Shown here piece by piece: positions 1 to 15,500 of a stretch of DNA of 64,000 nt. The stretch spans positions 70,246,001 through 70,310,000 of the forward strand of contig JAGIQG010000009.1 of the NCBI GenBank assembly GCA_024679065.1, read 5' to 3'. The stretch is from Sphyrna mokarran (Eukaryota). A model generated the notes under the pieces. It was not told where the DNA came from. It was given only the letters and a program-made list of their open reading frames with translations, and made no database searches. The first letter of the stretch is position 1. Each line of letters begins with the position of its first letter. Position numbers and translations under genes: made by a program.

Positions 1-51
1 CAATCTTTATACAACTTGAATATGAATAAAGAAAACAATCCACGTACTTAC

Positions 52-546
52 CAAAACACTTTTGTATAGATTTCCATCATCATTCTCTAGGCTGACCCAG
101 ATGATACAGCTATCTTCTTGCAGCTTGTCGAACACGGGACCTTCATTGTAGCAAGTGACTGAGGCAAAATGGTTGTGAACCTTGGTAGGCTCGGGTAATG
201 GTGGTGATACTGGCGATGGTGAAACTGATGGCAGCAATTCTAGCGGCCCCACTCCTGGCAGCAGTGCTACGGTGGGCCAGGCTACTGGCGGCCACGATAC
301 TGGCGGCCAAGATCTTGGCGGCCGCGATACTGGTGGCCGCAATCCTGGCAGCCACGATCCTGCCGGCCACGACCCTGGCAGCCACGATCCTGGCAGCTGC
401 GATACTGCCAGCAGCGATTCTGATGATGATGATACCAACAGCTGTGACTCTGATGATGCTGGCGGTGGCGATGCTGGTGGTGATGATTCTTGCAATGTAA
501 TTCCTGAGGAGGAGGAGATGTCCACAGAACACAAGGATTCGGATGA
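52..546 (-). CDS. RGL1: Mirror of exon L
   Basis: Reverse complement of 56733-57227. Confidence 0.78.
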
Positions 547-3500
547 CTGCAGAATTATTTTAGAAAAAAAATTGCCAATGATTATATTTCAGAAAGGTCC
601 TTCTTCCCAGTTATATTTATTTTGACACAAACTTTCTGCCATTCCCTCAGAAGTGGAGACATTGTGGACACAATAGTTTGGCCTTGACGAATGCACAATT
701 TCAAGGTAGTTAGTTATACTGAAATCTTTACCTTGTGATTCTACCTAGCCAAAAATCCGTGCTGATGAACGATGCCACCTAATGTTTACTAGTCACCAAG
801 CCAACATTGGCAGTTATCATTTAGCACATATGTATAAGTGCCTAGTGGGCCATTACATTCAGGTATTTAAGCTGTACTTAAATCATCAAATAGTCCCTTT
901 GGGATTTTGGTTTCCATGCTGTTGAATGCTCCCATACTCAGAAATGTTACCCTGCTTGCCTCACCTGGTGACTCACTTGCAGCACCCACTGACACTGATT
1001 GAAATTAAATACATCCAGTGGTGATGCTTTGTGCAGGTGAGGCAAAGCACCAGAAAAAGGAGACAAGAAGACATGAAAGATAGAAGGAAATTAAAAGCCA
1101 AATAACTCTTGAGATACAGGGTATGGGCAATGCAGTAACATTATTGGAGAGATGGATTACACAAACTGAAAGAGGTGAATCTATAAAATCTATATATTTT
1201 AAAACATCCGAATTACTGAAATTTCCAAGGAATGGGTCATCAACATATTCTACTAAAAGGGACGATCCAGGTCATTGATAATCTCCCAAGAAACACCATT
1301 CGCCATTGGAGAATATGCTGAACAATAACTAAAGATCAAGTGTAGAAAAGAAACAGAGCAGGCAGTCAAGTGGGACTCTGATGGATAAGCAGAGCTGCAT
1401 TGCTTTGTTGTTATTGGTGGAGTAGTTTGTTAGATTTTGATCCAAAGTGCTATTTTTGTGGATTACACACTAGAAGTTATTATGGTCACAACAGCCTGTG
1501 TGTTATATTTACCATAAAAATCAGCCTGCACTATCAAAGGTGTTTCAAACTTAACTTCATGATATTGGTTTTACTGTGACAATCATGTGAAGCTGCCTCG
1601 ATACATATTTAATAAAATCTATGCATAACAAGCTCGTATTTCATATAAACAATATCAGTTTGCATTCTATGCAGTTAATTATAAATTTTCTGGCATCTGA
1701 TAGCTTTATAAACAACATGGGTTGAAATTTGTTGAGACAGAAGTCTTACCTGCAAATCTGAAATTTTGACCAGTAGTGTAATTTGGGGTTGCATATTGCA
1801 TGCAGAAGCCAATTATGAGGTTGTCGCCTTAAATACATTCAAATTAAGGACGATAGCTTGTTCCCAAGAGGTGTGTTAGCCCAATCAGACATTATATGCC
1901 CATGAAGAAAGGCATGTTGCATTTGGGCAGGCAGAACCAGTGATCAGTTTAGATATTGGTGAGCACCCTTGTATCCCCATTGATGGTCAAAGTACAGTGG
2001 TGGGTGTGGGGATGGCAGGACTTGCTTTGAATTCCCACAATATGTTTTGTGAGAAATACCTCTGTTAGCTTTTTCTGGGGTCCTTCTTGAGCATAAGCGT
2101 ATGAAGTGCAGGGCTGTTCGCTTTCCAAACTGCTGGAATCTGATGAAATGCTGATCGACTTGATGCTCTCTGCTGAACTCCCACTCTTGGCGGGTTTAGG
2201 CTGGTCAGAGCTCTTAGTTGGAGTGCCTTTCACATTAACATCTCCTCCTAGAAATAGGCTGCACGAAGGAAGGGGATCGGTCAACAAAAATACTAAAAGA
2301 TTATTAAAGTCATTGCATTCTACAGAAAGAGTTTACAGCTGATTAAAGTGGCACTTGGTTAGCCAACAATGGCCCAATACATGGATAAATTTTGAAATAG
2401 TGGTACATATTCTTTTCCCATCCATAGTTGATTATGCAACTTATTGAAATAAGAACAGATGAATGGCATGTAGCACTGGTCACTGCTGCCTCAACACTAT
2501 TGTCACTGACAGTCGTGGCAAGGCATATATCAGAGAATTCTGGCCTTAATTGTCCTTGGAAACCTAGAAAAATTCTTCCAAACAGGGTTGATTTTATGGT
2601 GAAGCTAAAAGTGAACAGTGCTGCCTCAGCAGTCGCCTTCTTTGTCGTTAACCACATGGGACCTACTACATCATAAACCCGCATAAAATCTTCACAACAC
2701 AACCCATATTGCCTGTCTGATTTCTTGTGAGGATCATATGTATCGCAGAGAGAAAAAATGCATTTGTTAGATGAAAAATTGAGGCTACTAATACAAGCAT
2801 AGCACCACAGGACTGAAAGTACAAGCGTTATGGAAAAACTATGACTTTTGAAGCCAGAAAATAAGGTTGTTTTATATGCAATGTACAGCAAAGGGCTTGT
2901 TTTGTCATATTTAAACAATAGATTTTGTATGGAGAGCAAAACAGAATCCAGTCACTGAAGCCAACAATTCTCAGTGTAGAATATCCAGGAATTACCTGTC
3001 ACTCTATGCTCTCCGTAAATTCTGCAAGATTGCAGTATTATCTATATGCAAATTAGTGAACTTCATATCATTAGTCTCTGCAAAAACTCCTGAAAAGCTT
3101 ATTTGTTGAATGACTTTTTTTTAAATTACAATCTCAATAATTACTGCTAAATGTCCTCAGACTCCAAAAAGCTGGGGTTTTTTTTGCAGAATGTCTTGTT
3201 TCAGGTGGGTGGAGGGGGGATGGTGGTAGGGAGAAAAGAGTTTGCAGTGTGGATCTGATGCATAATTAATTCCTCACTGAGATGGAGGTAGGAAAATTGC
3301 TCTGTCAAGACCCTGGACAGTAATTGCTTCCTGCGGAGATCTTTCCTCTTTTGCCAGAAAAATCTGTGAGGTTTGTTGTTTTATGTATTCAGATGATACC
3401 GCAGCCTAGACTTTTCAGTGGAAACCCTGCCATTAATCTCTTAGGTGAAAATCTGGTATTAAATATATAGTGCACAAAATTTCCCGATGTATACTTAATA

Positions 3501-6500
3501 AAATTCATCTTTCAGAAAAATTAACGGCAAAACTACACTTACTTGATAGAAACTACACAGCGGTCTTTTACAAGGATATACACAGGAACTTACATTTACA
3601 TCCCATCTTTATGGTGATTAAATGTTTCAAAGCATTTCATAGTAATCGACAGATAAGATTTCTGGAGGCTCATGATGGGCACACACAGAACAATTTAGGA
3701 TGAAGGATCTAACATGCCAAGGAGTCTTTTGCCAGTTGTTATGTGGAGGCGAGGTTGGAATTCAAAGATGATCAGAATCAAATCAGCAGAATCTCTGTAG
3801 AGGTCCCCCCAGGCCAGAGAAAATTACAGAGCGAGGTATGGGCAAAGAACCAGAAGGATTCCAGGAAGTAGGATAGGGAATCAATGGAGGTTGGTGAGAA
3901 TGATTCAAAAGAAATTAGAAAACAAAAAAACAGATTTTGAATGAGATAAAGTTCAGGGATAACATAGTACAAGGGGTTAAGGCATCTGAAAAAGTGACAA
4001 AAGCATAAATGATGACTTCATTGGTGGAGGAGGCACACTTTATATGTAATGTTGGTGATGGTTGTAGTGATACACAACATGTGTAAACATAAAACTTGGA
4101 ACAGACTCAAGCCAAATGACCTCCTTCTGTACCATAAGTGACCAATCAAAATGAGCCTTAATATGATGCTTGGTGTCCTCATATTTGCAATTATAAAAAC
4201 CAGGTCTACATCAGACAATCAAATGATTTGATCAAAGTTTAAGGGGAACTGTTAGATAGACAAAGTAGTATTTTTGTTGGCTGAAAAAGTTCAGGCTGCC
4301 TAAAAATTAGAGTCAGATCAGTCAAAACTAAAATTTGGAAACACTTCCATATAGAAAGGATGACAAAATTTGGAAATTTCATTCAAACAGAAACATAGAA
4401 GATAGGAGCAGAAAGTGGCCATTTGGCTCTTCCTGCTTGCTCTGCCATTCATCACAATCATGGCTGATCAATCTAATCGTTTTTTCTCCCCATAAGCTTT
4501 GATCCCATTCATCTCAAAATGAGAGTTGATGCTGGATCATGCCAAAGGTGAGGAGGGTGGGGGAGCTAAGAGTTTGATCACAAATCAGCAATGACCTTAC
4601 CAAACAGCAGAACTCAGACTCAAGTAGTTAATTGCTTAATTGTAGCTGATCCTATAGTTTAATGCCAAGAAGGTGAAACTTTTTGTGGTATTGTGGACCT
4701 GAGTTCAACCTGAATTAGCAGTGGATCGGCATGATGGGAGTCACAGTTGAAGCACAGGAGATAAACCGTGGGATGTAGTCAAGCTTTAAGAAGCTCTCTC
4801 TCATCTGCAAACTCGTCAAATAAGCAATTAGACTGTATAGTAACTGAGAAGCTGTAGAAAACATGGCAGTGTACAGGATCTGAAGAACATCAATTAATAT
4901 TATTTATGTTGGAGGAAGGATATATGTTTATAAAAAAATTCTCAGCTGCTCTTTGAAGAGTACCATTAGATCATTCACATTTGAGAGAGTAGATGGGGAC
5001 TTTCTGTGTAAAAGTCTCATCTGAAACTGCACTTCCCACAGAGCAGCACCTTGTCGAGCATTGCACTTCGAAAAATCAGTCTAGATTATAAGCTTAAATC
5101 TTTTGAGTGAAACTTGAATTTAGTTCTCTGACTGGGATGAGTCAAGGTTAACAAATAGGCCACGTAAATGCAATTAATTTTAATAGGAATCAATGTCATC
5201 TGCCATTAGACAATCTGAGAAATAAAATTGTCCCTATAAATAGCATGTTCTAACTAGAGCCAGATGAAGCAGAACAAAAATGAGACCCATTCCCAAAAGG
5301 TTCCAAATGCAATATTGTGAAAAGCTCAACAACAACAGTTATGGCAATGTTCTGGCATGATAGGACCAGATAGGCAAAACACAAAACATCAAACTCACAG
5401 TTAATGCTGTTGCACAAAACTGTTGGCAAATGCAGTGGACCATGTTCAGTATGTCATTAGTTAAAGAAAGCAACAGCCAAAATTGTTCGGAACTTCTGAA
5501 CAGGCACTCACAGCATTAGCCAATAATTTCCTTCAAGGATCTGCAACAGTGGGAATAACTGATTATGCCCAGGTCTCTGAAGTTAACAATAGGCGTTAAA
5601 TGTTATAGGGGAAGCAAGAACAGACAGTTTACAACCTGTGACATCAAATAGAGTATTCATTACGGTTCTTGGAGCGTGACAACAACTAAGCTACAATAAC
5701 CGACACAATACAGGCATCAAAGACTCTACAACCAAATTTGCAGATGATACAAAAATAGGTGTGACAGTAAGTTGAAATGAGGAAGAAAGAACCTTAAATG
5801 GCTACAGATAGGTTAGGAAAGTGGACTAAAATGTGGCACATGGAATTGAATGTGTACAAGTGCGAGGTCATGCATTTTGGTCAGAAAAATGGGAAGGTGA
5901 CTTATTACCTACATGGGGAAAGATTTCAGGGTGCTCTGGTGCAGAGCAATCTGGGATATCCTATTCATGAATCACAGAAAATTAGCATGCAGGTACAGCA
6001 GATAATAAAGAAAGCAAATGGAATGTTGGCATTTATAGTTAAAGGAATAGAATAAAGATACAGAAGTGTTGTTGCAACTATGCAAGGCATTGGTGAAACC
6101 GCACCTGGAGTATTGTGCACTGTTTTGGTCTTGTTGGAGGAAAGATGTAGTGACATTGGAGGCAGTTCAGAGATGGTTCACCAGATCGATTCTAGAGATA
6201 AAGAGCTTGTTGAATGAAGAGAGATTAAACAGTTTAGGCCTATACTGTCTGGAATTTAGAAGAATGAGGGGAGGTCAAGAGGTATACAAGATGATAAAAG
6301 GTTTGGATAAAGTAGATGTGGAAAAGATGCTTTCTCTTGTGGCATTTTAGGATGAGAGATCATAGTCTTAGGGTAAGAGGTAGCAAATTTCAAATAGTTG
6401 AGGGGAAACTACTTCTTACAAAGGGTTGTGAATCTGTGGAATTCGCTATCCCAAAGTGTGGTGAATGCTGGGACAGTGAGTAAATTTGAGGAGTTAGACA

Positions 6501-9500
6501 GATTTTTCATTGGCAATGGTTGAAGGGTGATTGAATGGCAGAGCAGATTCAATGGGCCAAAGAGTCTAATTCTGCTCCTATATGTTATGAACTTATAACA
6601 TGCAACTAAAACCAACCCAATTATATAGAAAGATGATATAGAACCAAGATGATTATGTAGAAAGATGATATACCAGGAAATGAATGTATGTTTCTCTGCC
6701 TCAACTTCAGTATTGCCTATGACCAAAACAATCACAATTTGCAATACAGATTACTGCAAGGTACAATACAGTAGTAAGGAGTGATTCTCCCTCAACCTCC
6801 ATATTTTTAGTCCTTGCCCATGTGGAGATAAATAAAAGATGCTGCTTTACTGTGACAGGGACAATCTGAGAACAAAATGTCTTTGTAGTCTTGATGCACA
6901 CACACTTGCATGTTAATTTTAAACTTGAGAGAAAATGGAATGTAGATTGGATTTGCATTCAAGTAATCAACTCCATTCAGTTTTTATTATGTAAGCACAC
7001 AACAATGCCTTTCATTTTAATCCATTTTTGAGATTCCTCCCCTAAGTGCAAATTTGAAAAGGTCTAGCCATTTATACACTGACTATCATTTGATACGTAG
7101 GAATTGCTGGACAAGACTATCTGGTCCAATCAAATGATACAATAATAATGGAGTCATTGATTAGTCATTAGCAATCAGCCTCTATCAATTAGTCGACAAC
7201 AGATATAGGCTCGAGGCGGGAACAACACCAACCGTTATCATATTGTCTCAAGCTAAATTTTATCAACCACTGAATCTTCACACTCCAGTAAAATAATATC
7301 GGCCACAAATTAAAATATACTTTCATGGTGGAGCTGATGCCCACCATGTCTGTCTTGGCACTTATTACAAAGAAAGCAACCAGATGAAATACCTGCTCTG
7401 TTTATGATACACTTTTGCTATTTGCTTTCTGGGTTTTGGTGATGTGGGACTAACATCAGGAATTGCCTTTGGCTCACAGGACACACAATTGCTGCAGGAT
7501 GGCAGATAAACATATTTCGCACAAGGTTCATTTAAAAAAAAGATGTCTTTGCTTAATATTCCTAGCATTTTGAAAAACTCATTTGTACAAACAAAAAATT
7601 TGCATGAATGATTAATTTGCTTACAAAAGGCAATTATTTTCAGGAAGAGAACATTACACTTTGATTAATGATTAAGTGCTGGTTCTCGCTACTGGAACTG
7701 CAATCTTTTGTACTGCATGAAATGCAAATGGAAATTAATTTAATTTCATGTGTCAGACATTCTTAGAAGAGAGCTACCATGACTGTCATAGCCTTTTTGT
7801 GCGACACACTGAAGGAAACAAGATCGTCCAACCTGAACATTAGGTACAGGAAAATAAAGCAATATCAATAGTAAGTGCAATTCTTAGCATTAGGCTGCAA
7901 AATCACCAGTAGTTCCTGGCCTCATCTGTATTTTCACATGAAGGTAAAGTCAACATAGTCCCAGATGAACAAAGACTACTCTCCCCTTGAATGGAGAGTA
8001 TTGACTGGTGGTGATTTAACCAGAGGGTTACCACACCTGAGGCAAGAGGCAAGGTTGAGAATGCAGGAACTTCATTACTGACCTCAGCAAAAATTGGAAT
8101 CGGACCTGATCTGTTGCCATTGTTCTGCATCACTAACCAGCCATCTCGCCAACTGAGTTAACTGACCCATGAGTGCACGCAGCTGACATTGGGAGGCTAC
8201 TCATAGTTAATGAAAGAAGTTGGTCCATCATTCACTGAGTGACCAACACTCATGTGCTAGGAGAACAGATACCAAAATGAGGAGCAGATTCTGTTGATTG
8301 GCAATGATGGGAGCAGACAAAACATTAAAAGGACAAGACTTTGTGCTGCCAACGTTTCTAGTGCAATCTTCCCAAAATCAACCAAGCCATTCCAAAAAGG
8401 AAAATAAAAAAAGTTTTTCCCCTCCACAAAATGGCCATACTCCCAGCTCAAATGAAACATTCCAGGTAATGATTCAGCAGGTGTGTCTGTAGCCTAAGGT
8501 GGTGTAAAAGGTGCAAAAATATTTAAGCTCATTTTTTGTTCATTTACTAAGAAGCCAACTGTTGCAATTCAATGCAACTATATAAAGCATTCAATAAGTC
8601 CATTTCAAGTCCAGGTGGAGGGTGAGATATTGATTAAACTTTAGGGTTTTTGAGATAATTAATAAAACAGCAGTACATCAAGGAATAATTTGAGGCAAAC
8701 ACTTTGTATAAATTTAAAAAAATCACTTTCTAAAATGTTGACCAATTGCATGTGATAAAGGTCAATAGTGCACAAACATGTTTGAGCAGAAACTTCAAAA
8801 AGTAGCACAATTTATATCTGGATCAGCAAAAGTGTTCAAAGTAGAAACTCAAAACATGGTTTCTCAATCACAGTCCCATTTTTTTTCTATAACTATTGGC
8901 TTATTAGTTTGGTGCATGTTACTACATACTGATATAATGACATGTATATGATGGCGGTGTTTGTAAATCTACCCAAAATGATTTGGTTAAGCGAGTGGAA
9001 AAACTGGCAAATGGATTTCAACCTGAAGTGCAAATTGATGCAAGGGAATAGGAAATAAACGGGAGGGGTAGATGAAATGCAACGTTTTGGAGTCCATTCC
9101 ACGGGTCGCTGAAGATGGCAATACAGATGGTTATGATACAAAAGGCATATGGAATGTTTCCGTTATTGGACAAGATATAGACTGCAAAAGCAAGGATGTA
9201 ATGCTGGAACCCATATAAAACACTAGTTAGGCAACAACTAGAAATACATACCATCCTGACTGCCATGTTACAGGAACAACATAATTCCTCTGGAGTAGAG
9301 GAGATTTACAAGAATGTTGTCAGTTCTTGAAAATTGAGGCTATGAGGAAAGCCCAACTTCCCCTATAGGAGACGTCTATTACCAGGCCGCACAGATTTAA
9401 GGTGTTTGGTAGATGGACTTCTCTACCCAGAGCATAGTGACTGTCTGAATTCTTGCTGGTAGAGGCAGATACTTTCAGGTTATAATCCAGGTACCTTCTT

Positions 9501-12500
9501 AAATTATTTAGGCTACGGACCAGTTGCTAAAATGTGGGATCAGAACAGGTGGCTTTTTTTAAAAAAAATCTTTGAGTAGGCACAGACAAGATAGGCTGAA
9601 TAAACTTTTTCCTGTGCTGTATGATTCCCATCACAAAAATATTTATAACCAGGGAACTGTCAAGCTCATTAATGGTGAAACCCTTGATGGTTTGACCAGC
9701 AATGCTTGCAACACCCTCTTACCTTTCTTTGTCAGTCAAATATTGTTGACCGTGAAACCATTTTAGAAACTTCTGGACTGGATTGATGCTGTAGTTATTG
9801 CAAGCATACTGTAACAGTTTAATTTGTGCTATTATCTCAAATTCCTAAAATGAACATGGAAAAAAAAGTTGGAAGTTGAGATTCAAAGCTGCTGTAATTG
9901 CTACTGCTTTACCTGAGTCATTGATTTTTGAATAGTGCCAAAACTATTTTAAAACATTTTGTTTGCTAGATTTGTTGCATAGTGGCTCATGTCTCAAAAC
10001 CTTTCATTGGGAATCAATGGCCCTTGCTGTGCATCAGCAATGAATTTCCACATAGATTATTCAACAATGAACTTTGGACAATGTGTAGCTAAAACATTCT
10101 GAAACCTAAACGCTGCAGAGTTTTCTCCTCATTGGCTCTGGCTGTTCTGTTCTATCTTGCATTCAGTGACAGTTTGACAGGTACCAGAGGAAGACTTTAT
10201 CCAGGTGAAAATTTGACAAAAATATAGCACTGTTGGATTGTAAAATGTAAAATTGGTCAGTTGATAAAACTATAGTCGTATCCACCTAGATGGAGGATGT
10301 ATAGATTTGGGATAGATGCCTATTTTGTATCCCTCCTGATTTCATGAACTAGTTAAACCAGACAGGGTGCAAAGTGGATCAGATAGGATCCCATCTCATT
10401 TATGGATTAGGCTAAAAATTTAGAGCTCAAGTTGCAGTTTTAGGAATGCAGTGTCACTGCCTTCCACATGGTTAGGTTTTTATTGTGTTAGCATTTGCAG
10501 GTTCTCCGTGGCATAAATTGAAAATAGCACAAAACATGCTCAACTGTAATCACAGCAATAAAGCGTGTTTGTAAAGTTGATAGGAGCAAAGTCAGAAATG
10601 GGACGTTAAAAACCTTTCACTGATGCTAAAACCAGGAGCTGCAATCCTGCTTCAATTTACTGACATGCCATGACTTGCTGCAAATGTTTCGCTTCTGAAA
10701 GAAACTGCTATCTGAATATTGAGGAATTATTCAACCAGTCTCAGGATTAAGGCAATACCTTCAGTCTTGACAAAACACTGAATTATAATATGATTCATGT
10801 AACACCACTAGTGCATGCTTTACTTAGCCGTGATGCTGGTAGGCAAACTGCATCAAATTAACAGTCATGATGTGGAGATGCCAGCTTTGGACTGGGGTAA
10901 ACATTTTAAGAAGTCTCACAACATCAGGTTAATGTCCAACCAGTTTATTTGATAGTAAACCCACAAGCTTTCGGAGTTTGCCCCTTTGTCAGGTGAGTAG
11001 AGAGTTCTAGTCTCAAACAGAGCGTATAAAGGCACACACAGTTTACAGATTATTGATTAGAATGCGAGTCCTTACAGCTAACCTGCTGTTCAACTTTTAA
11101 AAATGCAGACAATGTAAATGAAGATAGCGTAAGGCATAGCTTAAAGAGATGTGTACTGTCTCCGGAGCAGAGAAGCTACGACATCTTCTCCGGAGTCTTC
11201 AACATATCATTGATGAAGACGAACATCTCATCAGGACCATGCCCACATTCCCACTTCTTGCCTTCAAACAACCGCATAATCTCAAACAGACCATTGTTCG
11301 CAGCAAACTACCCAGCCTTCAGGAGAACAGTGACCACAACACCACACAACCCTGCCACAGCAACCTCTGCAAGACATGCCAGACCACCGACATGGGTGAC
11401 ATCATACCATGTGAGAACACCATCCACTAGGTATACAGCATATATTCTTGCAACTCAGCCAATGTTGTCTACCTAATATACTGCAGGAAAGGGTGTCCCG
11501 AAATATGGTACACTGGGGAGACCATGCAGATGCTTCAACAATGGATGAATAACACCGCTCGACAATCACCAGGCAAGACTGTTCCCTTCCTGTTGGCAAA
11601 ACACTTCAGCGGTCACAGGCATTTGGCCTCTAATCTTCGGGTAAGCCTTCTCCAAGGCGGCTTTTACGACACACGACAGAATCGCTCAGCAGAGACTGAT
11701 AGCAAAGTTCCGCACGTATGAGGACAGCCTCAGTCGGGATCCTGGGTTCATGTCACACTATCTGTAACCCTCATGAATTGCATGAACTTGCAATATCTCA
11801 CTTAATGGAGACAATACACATCTGTTTAACCTATGCCTTACGCTATCTCCACTCACATTGTCTGCATCTTTAAAACTTGAATAGTAGGTTAGCTATAAAG
11901 ACTCACATTCTAATCAATAATCTGTAAACTGTGTGTGTCTTTATACACTCTGTTTGAGACCAGAACTCTCTGCTCACCTGACAAAGGGGCAAACCCTGCA
12001 AGCTTGTGGGTTTACTATCAAATAAACTGGTTGGACTTTAACCTGGTGTTGTAAGGCTTCTTACTCAAATTAATAGCATAGACATAGGTTATCTGGCCCA
12101 ACTGTTTGTGCGCTGGCATTTATACTTCTCCTGTCTTCATCAGACTCCAAACATTCTCTTATTCCTTTTCCATGCATTTAGCTTTCCTGAAAAGACAACC
12201 ATGCCAAGTTCCTCCTTCATTCAATTTTTAGTGAATTTTATGTTTCAGACCTTGAGTTTTGGATTTCCACTTCCAAACCCAATAACAGAAGCATACTCCC
12301 CATTCCCCCCCAAATACAACTGTCAAAGTTTTTGAAAAGGTACAATAATTTATACTAACCTTCCGTCTCTTCTCAAAGTTCATCAAACCATTCTATATGA
12401 GACAAACAAGAACAGCAAAAATTAATTTGACTTGTAGAAAGATCAGATCACACTACAAGATTGTGAACTTGAAAGGATTCCTAGGAATGAAATCCAAGTC

Positions 12501-15500
12501 CTGTAAACCTGGTTCCAAATTAAAATGTAGCCAAAACTCAATCATGTGTACAACAGAAATAAATGCATTGCATTGACTGGGCATTATTTTGCAAAATTAT
12601 ACAGAATCCTCTGCTACAGTCAAATTTGTAAACACCAAGTTTATTATATAAGTAGGCAAGCTCGGGGAGATAGTGGCAAGCACTGTTGCCTCATAGCACC
12701 AGGGATCTAGGTTTAATTCCTGGCTTGGGTCATTGTGGCGGGGAGTCTGCATGTTCTCCCCTCTCTGCATGGGTCTCCTCCAGTTGCTCTGGCTTTCTGC
12801 CAGAATCTGAAAGACATGCTGGCTAGCTGCTTGGATCATGTTAAATTCTCCCTCAGTGTAACCAGACAGGCACTAGAATGTGGCGATTGGGTGATTTTCA
12901 CAGTAACTTTATTGCCGTAAGCCTACTTGTGACATTAATAAACTTAAAATTTAGAATGCAATGGAAAAAAATGTACAATTAATAGTATCTTACCTGCGCA
13001 AATAAAAAGTGTGCAATTTATATAACATTTTCAGGCTACACAATAAATAGGGCTACGCTCAACTGGCTGCTTTGAGAATAAGCTGTATGCAAATCACTGT
13101 GTGCAAGTGACTGATTCATAGTGCAAAATATCAAATCAAAGCTGTGCATGTATTCTCTTTAATGTGCTTCATTCATTAATCTCATTAATTCTTTTACTAT
13201 CACTTTGGTTCCCATCTCCAAACAACTTGCACAACAAATGTAACCACAGCAAAGAAGAAATCTTAATATGTTGTAAAGAGACTTGCATCAACATAATCTG
13301 GAAGAGCAGCGTCTAACAGAATTAGATCAGTTAAGAAAGTCCCCAGGTAGGGCACAGTTCCCTGCTTCACATCCTATAAAAGAGGAGCAAAATTGTTTAA
13401 TCCATTTTATATGCATGTCATATTTCCTAAACATACTATCCATACTTAAAACCATTCCCTTTAGTATGCAACTAAATCATTTTGCAACCCAAACATATGA
13501 GTCTATTTAATTACAGATTATACCATGGAATAGAAAGCTAGAGCTGGATCTCCCATGTTGAGTTGATCAATATCAATCACCTGAAGGTTGGGAATTCTCT
13601 CACACATCAGGGCTTATAAATAGATTACCCACTCTTGCTAATGGTAAACACTCAAGTGATAAGTAATTATGTACAAAACAATAACAAATGTAAACAGCAT
13701 TGGTCAAATACAACATTTGCCTCTACTAACCCCAAATTATAAACAGTTCACTTAATTGTAAGTGCAGACAAAACATTATGTTATTCTCCATCATTTTGTT
13801 TTCTTTTTCTCCTTTGTTACCAGAAATTCATGGCTGGAACTTGTCTTCATATGGTGACCTATAGGATGATCATTGGTACCTTATTCTATCAAAAGGCTGA
13901 GATCATTTGAAACCTTAAATAATGATCAGATATGCAGCTTCCCAGCAGGAGCTAATGGTCAGCTATCAGAAGTTCCAACTAGTTGTGTTATTTTATAGCG
14001 CGGAAGGAGATTCAAAAGAACACAAGTAACAACTAGAGTAGACCCTACAGCTCCCACCATTCAATAAGTTAACAAGTGACTGTCTTCAACTCCACTTTTT
14101 GGCTTGATTCTCATCTCCCTTGATTTCCTGAGTTCAAAATCTATTGATCTTAAACCAAGTGTCCACACCTCTTCTGTGTATAGATTTCCTGCCAAATCCT
14201 CAATCTTGCATTTCACTGAAATTCCATCTCATTCTTCCAATCCAGTGCATTGACTTGCATGATTTTTCACAGGGTTATACAACCACCCCCAGAACTAATA
14301 CATTCAGCCTAACAGACTTGAGCTGACTCTAATTACCTATTTCTGTTTGGATTTTAGTTCTTCCTTCTTTATCCTAAAATAGGTGACTAAATGTGAGCCC
14401 CAGTTGCTACCCTTGTGAACATCAGTGTACTCAGCATCAATTGAGTCAGTATTGTGCCTTTACCCTCTAGACTATGAGGAAGATTCTATTCATACTAGCT
14501 TTGGATCATCTTAAATGTGGAACAATTTAGATCTAAAATGATACAATACATGTTTTCAATATATGATTACATTTATAAACATTAGCACAGTGCCAATAAT
14601 TATAGCTTTTAAAATGCAACCAATCAAACAGCAATACTGGCGTCCTCATTGGAAATGGAAAGGAGAACTGGTTAATAGCTTCATATAAAGCGAAGAATTA
14701 TGTAAAAATGAATCACTATTTGAAGTTTGAGAATTGTTAAGTCTTGGAATAACTAGATGACACACTATTTGCTTCTGCATCTGTAGCTGTTTCTGACCCT
14801 GCTTTTTGTTTTCCTTCACACGGCTGTTAAGGTTTGCAAACTTTGAAGTTCCTTCGAGTTCCTTTGAAGATTTAGGAAGAAAATCAATTATTAACTCGTA
14901 ACCAATATGACACCAAGTGAGATCATAACCCCAAAGCCTCATGTTTTTATAAATTACATAACAAATCTGAAGCCTTGTGCGAACATGTTGGGCAAATTTC
15001 AACCTGCAATATTTTGAAGTGAAACTGCAATTTATCCCATATTGAGAACCAAGTGAGCACAAAAGCTGATCATTAGTGCCAGTCTCAGATTAGAACACAA
15101 ATGAGAACACTTCGTGGCTGATGCACTTGAGACTGGATCACCTGTCGACGGCAGAATTAATTGCTCTGTAGTTTGCGGCATGATGTAATTGAGGGCATTT
15201 GAATCACAAATTCTGTTTGTAATCTTGTTAGAAGGTCTGTTTCTGATTGCCCTCACGATGGTGGCAAGCCATTCTCTTGACAATTGCCAGATCATTGAAG
15301 AAGGCAGTTGAGTTAACTATATTGCTATGGATCTGAGTCACGCGTAGGGCAGACAAGGTAAGAATAACCAATTTTCTACCCTCAAGGACATTTGTGAATA
15401 AGATGGGTTTTTACAACAATCTGGTAGTTTCATGCTTATTGATTTGAATTTAAATCCCTAGTTTCTGTGGTAGGATTCAAATTCATTTATTATAATGCAG

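Noticed and set aside
2960-3460. Possible old MITE-like remnants (also near 10400-10740 and 28200-28350)
   Set aside because: Terminal inverted repeats and TSDs could not be defined convincingly by eye.
12665-12730. tRNA-like A/B-box sequences (also at 27680 and 62503)
   Set aside because: These are degenerate SINE heads followed by SINE bodies, with no complete cloverleaf.
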